Part shown: in pieces, positions 1-7,775 of the stretch
Position numbering within the stretch: the first letter of the stretch is position 1
Layout: each line of letters begins with the position of its first letter
IMG/VR virus record: IMGVR_UViG_3300021082_000068
Location: 1 to 37,245 of that record
Direction: 5' to 3' (one strand)
DNA: 37,245 nucleotides
Source of the DNA: a virus
Lineage: Duplodnaviria > Caudoviricetes
Program-made: the position numbers and the translations under genes
The notes under the pieces: generated by a model
Told to the model about the DNA's origin: nothing
The model's database searches: none
What the model saw: the letters and a program-made list of their open reading frames with translations, nothing else

Positions 1-45
1 GTACAACGGAGCTCGGGTCTCTAGTGGTCATCCCCCACGTCCGTG

Positions 46-765
46 TCAGAGTCGCCAGTGCTCCGGATGCGTCAGGACATGCGTCTGTCTCGTCTCGTCG
101 AGGCGGAGAGGATCGCTCCATCTACCTCTGTTGTCCGAGAGGTATAGGACGTCTCGATGCAGGTGGTACGCCTCGTAGTCGAGGCCGAAGTCCTGCGGCG
201 AGTAGCCGATCGCCCATAGCTGGAGGTTGGACGCTCCCTCGATTCCGTTGCCGTGCGCGGCCGTACCGGACACGTCGAGACCGAGGGAGCGGAGGAAGGC
301 TATCTGCTCTCGCATGATCTCTGCCGCTCTGGACAGGAAGCCCGTGGGTAGGGCGGAGCCGTCGACCGCTTCGAAGGCGTCCCCGCTCTCGGCGTAGGCC
401 AGCCCTACGACATTGGAGTGGAGCCCGACCTCGTGTCCTAACTCCTCGAGGTAGCGGAGACGGGCCGCGAAGCCGACGTCTGCTGCGTACCACGAGTTGG
501 GGAGCACGTAGTAGGAGGAGCGGTATCCCTGGGCTGCCTCCCACTCTGCGAAGCGTACGGCGTGGTCTAGGTCGTGGTCTACGTCGTGTCTCAGGGCTAC
601 GACGGAGGGAGAGGCGATCGGCAGGGCGGCCGCCTCCCGGAGGGGTAGGACGGCAGAGGCGCCCCCCAGGAAGACCCCCAGCCCCCCCAGATCGGAGGCG
701 TCGAAGCTCTGGGGGTAGTCCCTCATCTCACCCGACGCGATATGCAGGAAGCGAGGGGCGCTCAC
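46..765 (-). CDS. Polysaccharide deacetylase-like (NodB/CE4 fold) protein
   Basis: Motifs LRHDVD, GHEVGLH, AAHG, YLSD and LTHPEHW. Start placed at GTG 765 (GTGA overlap with an upstream mini-ORF); ATG at 726 is an alternative. Confidence 0.8.
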   Translation of the reverse strand: MSAPRFLHIASGEMRDYPQSFDASDLGGLGVFLGGASAVLPLREAAALPIASPSVVALRHDVDHDLDHAVRFAEWEAAQGYRSSYYVLPNSWYAADVGFAARLRYLEELGHEVGLHSNVVGLAYAESGDAFEAVDGSALPTGFLSRAAEIMREQIAFLRSLGLDVSGTAAHGNGIEGASNLQLWAIGYSPQDFGLDYEAYHLHRDVLYLSDNRGRWSDPLRLDETRQTHVLTHPEHWRL

Positions 766-812
766 GATGGGATGACGGGGTACGCCTCGTCGTCCCGCTC
801 TGGCGTCAGCAT
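762..812 (-). CDS. 16-aa coupling mini-ORF (MLTPERDDEAYPVIPS)
   Basis: TGATG overlap with the upstream gene and GTGA overlap with the downstream gene; fills the gap exactly. Confidence 0.35.
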   Translation of the reverse strand: MLTPERDDEAYPVIPS

Positions 813-1246
813 CACCGCTGCTCCTCGTGCTGGCGGAGGGCCACGTTAGCGTCCTCGCAGAACATACAATCGTCGCCGCCGTGCATTGCAAGCATCCCGC
901 CCAGCGCCTCAGCCAGCCTGTCCGCGTCGTCTTTTAGAGCAGCGTGCTTTTCACGCATCCCTACGCCCATCGCTCTGCCAACTTCCGTCAGCCGCTCAAC
1001 CTCGGCTCGCTGCGCCCGCTCTTGAAAGGCGTACAGATCAGCCGACGATGCGGGCACCGCATGAGTCAGCCGCTCAACCTCCGCGCGTAGGCGGTCGAGC
1101 TCGGCGAGGAGAAAGTCCAGGTCGTGTGCGAGGTTTAGCCACTCTTGCGTGATCTGCGGTTTTTGCACTGGCCTCCCAGCCCATGACCGACACCACGAAG
1201 CACGACTCCGAATCTCTGCCTCCCGCTCCGGCGTCAGTATCAGCAT
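812..1246 (-). CDS. Hypothetical phage coiled-coil protein (Ead/Ea22-like character)
   Basis: LLAELDRLRAEVERL and a repeated RAEVERLT; coupled to neighbours; less GC-biased codons. Confidence 0.6.
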   Translation of the reverse strand: MLILTPEREAEIRSRASWCRSWAGRPVQKPQITQEWLNLAHDLDFLLAELDRLRAEVERLTHAVPASSADLYAFQERAQRAEVERLTEVGRAMGVGMREKHAALKDDADRLAEALGGMLAMHGGDDCMFCEDANVALRQHEEQR

Positions 1247-1440
1247 CCCATCTCGTCGTCTACTCGTCGCGTTTCCCTCTGCTCTCTCCCGTCGAGCGAG
1301 TGATGCGTGACGAGTGGCCCGCTGGGGTACGTTACCCCCGTATCGGGGTCGATGAACTCGTAGTCCGGGCCGCAGGGGCAGTCCGTGAACTCGTGCTCGA
1401 TATAGTCGTTTTGCGGCATGACATGGACGGCCATCAGCAC
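1240..1440 (-). CDS. Small His/Cys-rich phage protein, possibly metal-binding
   Basis: HVMPQNDYIEH...CPCGP...HHSLDGRE pattern; overlaps both neighbours. Confidence 0.7.
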   Translation of the reverse strand: MLMAVHVMPQNDYIEHEFTDCPCGPDYEFIDPDTGVTYPSGPLVTHHSLDGREQRETRRVDDEMGC

Positions 1441-2003
1441 GTTCCTCGGATCAGGTGGAAGCAGTGCTCTCCGAGAGGGACCTGCTCGTAGTGGTCGATC
1501 GCGATCAGGCCCTCGTACCGCTCTCGGACAGACGCCTCGTCGGGGAAGGTACGGACGTGGGAGGCCGAGTCGAAGGACGGAACGGAGACGACGATCCTGG
1601 CCTCCCTGCCGGCGAGGCGCCAGAGGAGGAGCAGGTCGTCCTGGTCGGGGAGATGCTCGAGTAGCTCCGTCGCGACGTAGACGTCCGCCCAGGGGAGCTT
1701 GACCTCGCGGACGTCTCCCTGTCGGAACTCGACGATGCGGTGCCTCGCGCCCTCGTTGTAGATGCGGGCCTCCTGTAGCAGGACGGAGGAGAAGTCCAGG
1801 CCGAGGTAGGAGCGCGAGCTCGGGATCAGGAGGGAGGCGAGCCGGCCCGTCCCGCAGCCGAGATCGACCACGTGGTTACCCGTACCCACGAGAGCGGCGG
1901 CTCGGCGCCAGAGATCCGCGTAGACGCTCTCCTCGAGCGGGACGAAGTAGGCGTTGGCGGGATCGTCCGCGAGGGCGTCGTAGAAGGCGGCGTCGTAGGT
2001 CAT
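1434..2003 (-). CDS. Class I SAM-dependent methyltransferase (small molecule/glycan type)
   Basis: VVDLGCGTG motif I, LGLDFS, DVYVATELLEHL; no DNA-MTase catalytic motif. Confidence 0.88.
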   Translation of the reverse strand: MTYDAAFYDALADDPANAYFVPLEESVYADLWRRAAALVGTGNHVVDLGCGTGRLASLLIPSSRSYLGLDFSSVLLQEARIYNEGARHRIVEFRQGDVREVKLPWADVYVATELLEHLPDQDDLLLLWRLAGREARIVVSVPSFDSASHVRTFPDEASVRERYEGLIAIDHYEQVPLGEHCFHLIRGTC

Positions 2004-2242
2004 GGCGAGGTGCTTCGCTCGGTGGGGGTGAGGAGGGCGAGAGCAGCATCGGAGTCTGCCGTTGTCGCGGAGTACTCTTCCTCCCAGACTCGCCCATCCA
2101 GACAGACGCCTCGTACCCTCTCCGCCTCCTCCGCCGTCAGCACCACGCAGCCGTCGAGGGCGGCGAGGGCGGGGTCTTCGTGCTCAGCCCATTCACGGGC
2201 CAGCGCCTCCCGCACCTGCTCCAACCGTTCGCGGCCGGTCAT
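2000..2242 (-). CDS. Hypothetical protein
   Basis: 80-aa ORF with ATGA overlaps at both ends. Confidence 0.6.
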   Translation of the reverse strand: MTGRERLEQVREALAREWAEHEDPALAALDGCVVLTAEEAERVRGVCLDGRVWEEEYSATTADSDAALALLTPTERSTSP

Positions 2243-2826
2243 CGCCGGGCCCCGATATGGAGATACTTCCCAGACCTCGTAACGGCGTCGACCGTATAGC
2301 CCGCCTCCTCGACCGCGATCTGTATCGCCGCCGGCGCATGGTGCCAGAGGTAGTAGTCGCCGAACGCGCCCTTCTTCGCCTCTCCGGAGCCGTCCGTGTA
2401 GGCCGAGAGCAGGAGCAGGCCTCCGGGGACGAGGTAGTCGCGGAGGTTGCCGAGCGCGAGGACGGCGCCGCGCAGAGAGGGAGCGTAGAGATGGGAGACG
2501 GCCCGGACGAAGACGACGTCGAACGACCCTATCGGGATCCGAGGGAACGGTAGCTCGCCCTCAATGTCTGCCACGCGGAGGTCGAGCTCGGGGTACTTGC
2601 GGCGGCCCTCGGCGACGTAGGCCGGCTCGAGGTCGACCCCGACGACGTCGAAGCCCTCCTCGCGGAATAGCTCGGCCCAGAAGCCCTCTCCGCAGCCCGC
2701 GTCGAGGATCCGGCAGGGAGGAGAGAGCGAGAAGCCCCTCACGTAGTACTTGCGGAGCCAGGCCCGAAGCTCCTCGCGCTTCGCCTCGTAGCCCTCGAAG
2801 ACGGCAGGGTAGGCCGGCGATGTCAC
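2239..2826 (-). CDS. Class I SAM-dependent methyltransferase (small molecule/glycan type)
   Basis: ILDAGCGEG, VVGVDL, FDVVF, LVPGGLLLL; start GTG 2826 by GTGA overlap. Confidence 0.88.
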   Translation of the reverse strand: MTSPAYPAVFEGYEAKREELRAWLRKYYVRGFSLSPPCRILDAGCGEGFWAELFREEGFDVVGVDLEPAYVAEGRRKYPELDLRVADIEGELPFPRIPIGSFDVVFVRAVSHLYAPSLRGAVLALGNLRDYLVPGGLLLLSAYTDGSGEAKKGAFGDYYLWHHAPAAIQIAVEEAGYTVDAVTRSGKYLHIGARR

Positions 2827-3188
2827 TTGAACGACCAAGAGGCCCAGGGGAGGAGGGAGCCGTCCGGCAGGCGGAGGAGATAGAGCAGGTTCCCCGAGAT
2901 GGTGAGGTAGCGGAAGACGATCGAGGCCTCCGCTCCACTCCACCGCGAGCGGCGGCGCACACCTGACGCCATGCCCCCCACAGGTCGAGCCGCTCGGTGC
3001 GCTTCACCTCGGCGCAGTAGCCCCGTGCGGATGTACGCCTCCCGCTCTCTGGCGTCAGCGAGCTTGCGGAAGGAACCACCGTGGCGCAGAGCGCAGCCAC
3101 GTCCGCCGAGTCGGTAGCGCACCTGAAAGCGAGCCTCGCCCTTGGCGGTAGAGCGGCGACGGATGTGCGCGGAGCCGATGGTGGACAC
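2823..3188 (-). pseudogene. Chimeric ORF starting with a tyrosine-integrase N-terminal (arm-binding-like) remnant
   Basis: IRRRSTAKGEARFQVRYRLGGR...HGGSFRKLADARER resembles integrase N-termini; no catalytic domain follows and the ORF continues into unrelated sequence. Confidence 0.55.
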
Positions 3189-3904
3189 TAACCCACTTGT
3201 CTCACGGCCGCCACCGTCTGCTTGAGGTAGGCCATGAGCTGCGTCCCGATGAACTCGGTGTAGGCGGGCGGGATTGCCTCGGAGAGCTCTTCCAACGTCG
3301 TCCAGTCAATGCTCATCGCCTCCTGCTGGACGGCAAGCGGAATGTCCCATGAGCCAACTTCGACCGTAGCGCGTACGAGGCCGCGAGATGTTCCCGTGCG
3401 CTGCTTGGACCTACCACCGGGGTAGCGATCCGCCCCATTGAGCTTGTGGCGACAGGGCCACACTGTCTGTCGGAGCGGCCAATTCACCTCAAAGAGACGG
3501 TGGCGCTGAATCTCCATGGGGGGATCGAACATCGTGCCGCAGATCAACACGGGGTCGATGAGCGGGGCACCTACGACGTTCTCGATGACGTAAGGCAATC
3601 CGGTCTTGTCTAGCCGCTCCCGAGTCTCAGCGATGTAATCGGGGTACCAGTTAGTGCGACCTGTGCGCCGGTACGCCGTCCACGCCTGGCACGGCGGGCT
3701 CGCGTGGATGGCGTCGAATCCCTCGCTCGCTGGGATCGTGTCGCCCCAGTTGTTGAGCACTTCCAGCGCGTCCGCCTGAATGAACTCGAACGGGTACCTC
3801 GGCTGCGGCTTGTGGTCAACGCCGACGACCTCGAAGCCCGCGCGGTGGTAGCCCATCGCCGCACCGCCGGCGCCACAGAAAAGGTCAAGTAGGCGGGGCT
3901 TCAA
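3188..3904 (-). CDS. Short phage-type C5 cytosine DNA methyltransferase
   Basis: LLDLFCGAGG (I), HASPPCQ (IV), VIENV (VI), QRHRLFE (VIII), EAIPPAYTEFIG (X-like); start TTG 3904 by TTGA overlap. Confidence 0.85.
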   Translation of the reverse strand: MKPRLLDLFCGAGGAAMGYHRAGFEVVGVDHKPQPRYPFEFIQADALEVLNNWGDTIPASEGFDAIHASPPCQAWTAYRRTGRTNWYPDYIAETRERLDKTGLPYVIENVVGAPLIDPVLICGTMFDPPMEIQRHRLFEVNWPLRQTVWPCRHKLNGADRYPGGRSKQRTGTSRGLVRATVEVGSWDIPLAVQQEAMSIDWTTLEELSEAIPPAYTEFIGTQLMAYLKQTVAAVRQVG

Positions 3905-4005
3905 CCCACTCGCCTCACGTTCGCCACAAACCAGCGCTCCGCATCCTCGCGCAAGACGTAATGCTTCCTCACGCCGGGGATGTCCACACGCTGACACTCA
4001 CGCAT
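3901..4005 (-). pseudogene. 34-aa ORF resembling the C-terminal half of an excisionase/HTH protein
   Basis: MRECQRVDIPGVRKHYVLREDAERWF; not in the ORF track; its stop overlaps the MTase TTG start. Confidence 0.4.
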
Positions 4006-4050
4006 GATCTTCCAGCTCGCCCGGAGCGGTCTCTGTGCGGGGAACGCGCG

Positions 4051-4776
4051 TCATCTGCGAGCCTCGTACAGGGCCTCGACGCGGTCGACGAACGCCGGCG
4101 GATAGACCTCCGCCAGGCCGGAGAAGGGCTCCTCGACGATCGCGCCGCAGCCCCATTTCGCGTGCAGGCGGTCGAAGGACGTGATCTGCACGTCGCTCTG
4201 GAACGCGACGAGCTCGAGCTGATGTCGCTCGGCGTAGCGATGCCGGACTCGTCCTGCGCGCTCGAGGGACTTCATCATGGACGTATCGCATCCCTTGCGG
4301 ATCCGCTCGTCGCAGGGTCGCCAGGCGGCCGGCCGGAGTAGCTCCGTCGGGATCGCCGCGAGCGTCCAGCGCCAGTTTACGAAGCAGTCGGTCCTGCGGA
4401 GGCCGTCCCGGTCTACGACGGAGTAGTTGCGCGAGGCGCCGATCTCGAGGTCGCTCACGGCCTCGAGGATCGCGAAGACGGAGAGCGGATCCACCCAGGA
4501 GTCGGAGCCGATCGGGCAGACGTAGTCCACGCCCTCTGCCGCGGCGAACTGATAGGCGTCGTTGAAGCGCCGGCCGAGGTAGCGGTTGTCGCGGTCGATC
4601 GTCGCGAAGCCCTGCTCTCTCGCCAGGCCGAGATTCCGATCGTCGGCGACGACCACGCAGGAGGCCTCGACGCCGAGCTCGACGAGTCGGTCGATCGCCC
4701 AGCGCCTCTGCTCGAAGACGATCTCGGAGAGGTCGTATCGCTCCCAGGCCGGGGTGCAGAACCAGAGAGATGTCAT
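4051..4776 (-). CDS. GT-A fold (GT2-like) glycosyltransferase
   Basis: FCTPAWER N-terminal strand, VVVADD, NRYLGRRFN, DYVCPIGSDSWV (DxD-equivalent); start ATG 4776 by ATGA overlap. Confidence 0.75.
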   Translation of the reverse strand: MTSLWFCTPAWERYDLSEIVFEQRRWAIDRLVELGVEASCVVVADDRNLGLAREQGFATIDRDNRYLGRRFNDAYQFAAAEGVDYVCPIGSDSWVDPLSVFAILEAVSDLEIGASRNYSVVDRDGLRRTDCFVNWRWTLAAIPTELLRPAAWRPCDERIRKGCDTSMMKSLERAGRVRHRYAERHQLELVAFQSDVQITSFDRLHAKWGCGAIVEEPFSGLAEVYPPAFVDRVEALYEARR

Positions 4777-4991
4777 CGGGTCCGCCGGCGTCGCGGAGGG
4801 GGCAGATCGGGCGAGAGGCCGTGGTAGGCCTGGCAGCAGAGGCGGGAGCAGAAGGGGTCTGCGGCGAAGTCCTGCGGCCGGCCGTATCGGGGCTTGGCGG
4901 GGATCCCCACCGGGCGCTTCTTGCAGCCTGGACCCGCGCAGCGCGCCTCTCGGGGAGGATCGACGAGCGCCTGCTCGACGGCGATCGTCAT
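4773..4991 (-). CDS. Small zinc-finger protein
   Basis: CAGPGC...FCSRLC; ATGA overlaps. Confidence 0.65.
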   Translation of the reverse strand: MTIAVEQALVDPPREARCAGPGCKKRPVGIPAKPRYGRPQDFAADPFCSRLCCQAYHGLSPDLPPPRRRRTR

Positions 4992-5425
4992 GCCGCGAGC
5001 TTCCGCCGGCCGCGCTGGACGGCGTTGTCCACGCGCTTCTGGCCGCCCGGCATGTCCGCGTAAGGCGTCCCGTTAATGACGCCGCGAATGCCCGTCTGCT
5101 CGAGCGGCGAAAGCGTCGGCCAGGCGGCCCGGACGTCGAGGATCCAATTCGTCGTGTCTCGGCTCTCCCTCGACGGTATGAAGTAGAGCGGCGCGTCGCC
5201 CACGCAGACCGGCCGGCGCTCGCGCTCGCGGCGGACGATCTCAACGAGGCGGTAGTAGACGGCCTGCCAGGCGTAGGAGAACCAGCTCCCTCGAGCGGAG
5301 TCATACGTCCGACGGGCCTCGAGGATCGCGATGCGAGCCTCCTGGCGGACGTCTTCGGGCTCGGCGCCGGGCCAGAAGAACCTCGGCGCGAGGCTGTAGA
5401 CGATCCGCTCCTCCTCTGCCGTCAC
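4988..5425 (-). CDS. Sigma70-family alternative sigma factor, SigH(Spo0H)-like, compact
   Basis: Region 2 (GAEPEDVRQEARIAILEARRTYD...FSYA) and region 4 (LSPLEQ...GTPY...KRVDNAVQRGRRKL); start GTG 5425. Confidence 0.8.
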   Translation of the reverse strand: MTAEEERIVYSLAPRFFWPGAEPEDVRQEARIAILEARRTYDSARGSWFSYAWQAVYYRLVEIVRRERERRPVCVGDAPLYFIPSRESRDTTNWILDVRAAWPTLSPLEQTGIRGVINGTPYADMPGGQKRVDNAVQRGRRKLAA

Positions 5426-5781
5426 TCGCGACCTCCCTCCGGCACCCGATACTCGTCCTCGACGAACTCGCGAAAGCTGGGACCGCCGAGCTTGTCGACG
5501 AGGTAGTCGAGGGTATCCGGGCGATAGGTCATCAGGTGCTCCCCGAGGGCGTACCGCGTGTCGGCGTCGCCGGCATGGAGATGGGTATGGCAGGAGTGGC
5601 AGAGCGCCACGAGGTTGGCGACGACGTCGTCGCCTCCGCGCGAGCGGAGGAGGACGTGGTGGGACTCGAGGCCTGCGTTGCGGCCCTCGCCGCAGGTGGC
5701 GCAGGAGCTCGCGCGCACGGAGAAGTTGCGGACGAGACGTCTGTCCCTCTGCCGACGCTCGGGTTTCGGATCGGGCGTCAG
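5422..5781 (-). CDS. HNH endonuclease
   Basis: CATC...HHVLLRSRGGDDVVANLVALCHSCH; probable CTG start overlapping the upstream TGA, with GGAG upstream. Confidence 0.85.
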   Translation of the reverse strand: MTPDPKPERRQRDRRLVRNFSVRASSCATCGEGRNAGLESHHVLLRSRGGDDVVANLVALCHSCHTHLHAGDADTRYALGEHLMTYRPDTLDYLVDKLGGPSFREFVEDEYRVPEGGRE

Positions 5782-6524
5782 AACGCCACTCCGGCGTCCT
5801 GGGCCGCCCGCAGGAGCGGGACGAGGACGTTCTCCGAGAAGGCACCCTCGGCGTAGTAGGCGGAGAAGCCGACGGTGCCGGCGGCCTTGGCGGAGGCGAT
5901 CTGCGCGGAGCGATCGGGGAACTGCCCGTCCGCTCCCTTGTAGACCCCGAACTGCGGCTTCATCATGGAGGGCTTCGTCCAGCCGTACTGCTTCGCCCAG
6001 GAGCGATAGGCCTCGACGGACCACTCGAAGGTCGATCCCTCGTGGTGGGTCTGGACGATCAGCCGAGCGCCGCGGTCCTGCCAGGCCCGGAGGTCGATCC
6101 CTCCGCATCCGATGTACGTGTTGAGGCAGAGCGCGAGCTTGCTCGTCTGCGCGTAGGTGCGATACGCGGAGACGAATCTCCGACTCCACTTCTCGCCGGC
6201 GAGATCGCGGGCCTCCGTCCCGTCCTCGGCGTTGATGACGAAGCCGGAGACCTGTAGGCGGTCGCGCTCGGCGAGGACGTAGTCGTAGCAGGCCTCCGGC
6301 TCCGCGAAGGAGTCGGCCCATACGACGCCCCAGACCTTGAGGCCGAGAGACTTCATCTTGTCGACGTAGGAGCGCGGAGCGTAGTCCGACAGGTGCGCCG
6401 CGCGGGAGTTGAGCAGGAGCTCGACGCGAGCGTAGCCGGCCGCGGCGAGCGGAGCCATGAGCTCGATCGGCGCGGCCGTGTCGTCGTTGACCTGTAGCCC
6501 TCCTCTCTGATGGATCGTAATCAC
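5778..6524 (-). CDS. Putative TIM-barrel glycoside-hydrolase-like protein
   Basis: Alternating beta/alpha pattern, GLKVWGVVW, GFVINAE (resembles the DxE strand of GH18/GH25-type barrels), GFSAY at the end; start GTG 6524. Confidence 0.5.
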   Translation of the reverse strand: MITIHQRGGLQVNDDTAAPIELMAPLAAAGYARVELLLNSRAAHLSDYAPRSYVDKMKSLGLKVWGVVWADSFAEPEACYDYVLAERDRLQVSGFVINAEDGTEARDLAGEKWSRRFVSAYRTYAQTSKLALCLNTYIGCGGIDLRAWQDRGARLIVQTHHEGSTFEWSVEAYRSWAKQYGWTKPSMMKPQFGVYKGADGQFPDRSAQIASAKAAGTVGFSAYYAEGAFSENVLVPLLRAAQDAGVAF

Positions 6525-6661
6525 GCGATCTCCTCCTCCCTCTGTCTGCGAAGCAATTCCCTCATGCGTCGAGCGTGCCGATCCACGCCACCGAACTCCA
6601 TGTCGTACTGGCACAAGACGATCACCGCGAGACCCACGACTATGACGATGGCGGTGCTCAC
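6521..6661 (-). CDS. Small membrane protein (46 aa)
   Basis: AIVIVVGLAVIVLC hydrophobic stretch; GTGA overlaps at both ends. Confidence 0.6.
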   Translation of the reverse strand: MSTAIVIVVGLAVIVLCQYDMEFGGVDRHARRMRELLRRQREEEIA

Positions 6662-7632
6662 GCTGCCTCCCGATCTCGTAGTAGGCGGCCGACGGCCTCG
6701 CCGACCTGGACCTGTACGGCGTTACCAAGCATCCGCAGGCGGGCCGTCCGGCCGACCTCGGGGACGTCCGTCCAGGCGTGGGGGAAGCCCATCATCCACT
6801 CGACGAACGCGGGCTCGAGTCGTCCTCTAGCGTCAACTGGCCGGGGAGCGGGTCGTCCGAGGACGGCCTCCCATCGGAGGACGGCGTCGGCGTAGGCTCC
6901 CCATTCTGCCGGGCGTCCTGCGCCGTCGGCGTCGGCAGGAGCCGGCCCACCGTCGACAGAGGCGGCGAGTTGCGCTCGTCCTGGGACAGGCCGTGCGTGT
7001 TCTCCGCGTCCTGCGTGGTCGGAGTCGGGAGGAGCTTGGGCAGATCCCGCAGGCTCGGCCCACCCGCCTCCTCCTGCCGGCGCTCCCGCGTCTCGAGCTC
7101 CGCTCCCGTCGAGTCGCTCGCGCTCGGCGTCGGCAGCAAGGATGAAGAGCCGCTCTCGTCGGTGCGGGGCGCCGAGGTCGGACGCTCGTAGGCATAGCCA
7201 GCGTCCCACGTACCCTGCCGCGGCCAAGTCGGCCAGGACGACTCCGACAGCAGATTCTCCTGGGTGCTCGTCCAGGCCGGGCGCGGAGAGGAGTCCGGGG
7301 ACGTTCTCGACGAGGACGAGCCGGGGACGAAGTAGGCGAATGCAACGGGCGAACTCCAGCCAGAGGCTGGAGCCGTCTCCCCCCATGCCGGAGCGTCCTC
7401 CGGCGACGGAGAAGTCTGGGCAGGGGAATCCGCCGGCGAGGACGTCGACCGGAGGGACTCCTCCGTCGATCTCTCGAACGTCGGGGACGACCTCGAGGCC
7501 CGGCTCCCGCTCGGCGATGACTCGCCGGCAGGCCTCGTCCGCCTCGCAGGCCCACGCGAACTCGTAGTCGGCGGCGGCGAGTCCGAGGTCGAGGCCGAGG
7601 CAGCCGGAGAAGAGCGATCCGACACTCAGCAC
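6658..7632 (-). CDS. C5 cytosine DNA methyltransferase
   Basis: SLFSGCLG (I), GGFPCPDFSVAG (IV), VENVPG (VI), PHRRERLF (VIII), EWMMGFP (IX), LGNAV (X). Confidence 0.93.
   Translation of the reverse strand: MLSVGSLFSGCLGLDLGLAAADYEFAWACEADEACRRVIAEREPGLEVVPDVREIDGGVPPVDVLAGGFPCPDFSVAGGRSGMGGDGSSLWLEFARCIRLLRPRLVLVENVPGLLSAPGLDEHPGESAVGVVLADLAAAGYVGRWLCLRASDLGAPHRRERLFILAADAERERLDGSGARDAGAPAGGGGWAEPAGSAQAPPDSDHAGRGEHARPVPGRAQLAASVDGGPAPADADGAGRPAEWGAYADAVLRWEAVLGRPAPRPVDARGRLEPAFVEWMMGFPHAWTDVPEVGRTARLRMLGNAVQVQVGEAVGRLLRDREAA
6792..7625 (-). CDS. Nested alternative-frame ORF inside the C5 methyltransferase
   Basis: 277 codons open; WPRQGTWDAGYAYERPT followed by three LLPTPxxxD repeats. Confidence 0.5.
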   Translation of the reverse strand: MSDRSSPAASASTSDSPPPTTSSRGPARRTRPAGESSPSGSRASRSSPTFERSTEESLRSTSSPADSPAQTSPSPEDAPAWGETAPASGWSSPVAFAYFVPGSSSSRTSPDSSPRPAWTSTQENLLSESSWPTWPRQGTWDAGYAYERPTSAPRTDESGSSSLLPTPSASDSTGAELETRERRQEEAGGPSLRDLPKLLPTPTTQDAENTHGLSQDERNSPPLSTVGRLLPTPTAQDARQNGEPTPTPSSDGRPSSDDPLPGQLTLEDDSSPRSSSG

Positions 7633-7775
7633 TTCATCCCGATCTCGGGGTTCTCGTAGTCGTCGCCCTCGCCCGGCGCGGGCGGGCCGACGTCGTCCTC
7701 CTCGGGATCGGGATCGGGCTCGGGCTCGCCGTCTCCGATCCTGGGGTCGTAGAGTCCGCTTTCTCCGAGGCTCAT
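7626..7775 (-). CDS. Small acidic protein (49 aa)
   Basis: MSLGESG...EPEPDPDPEEDD; ATGA overlap with the upstream gene. Confidence 0.55.
   Translation of the reverse strand: MSLGESGLYDPRIGDGEPEPDPDPEEDDVGPPAPGEGDDYENPEIGMKC

Noticed and set aside
1-31. Start of a further minus-strand gene (MTTRDPSSVV)
   Set aside because: Only ten codons lie inside the window, too few to assign.
2823-3188. Functional integrase or att site
   Set aside because: Only an N-terminal-like stub is present, with no catalytic R-H-R-Y residues and no att-like repeat, so lysogeny cannot be inferred from this window.
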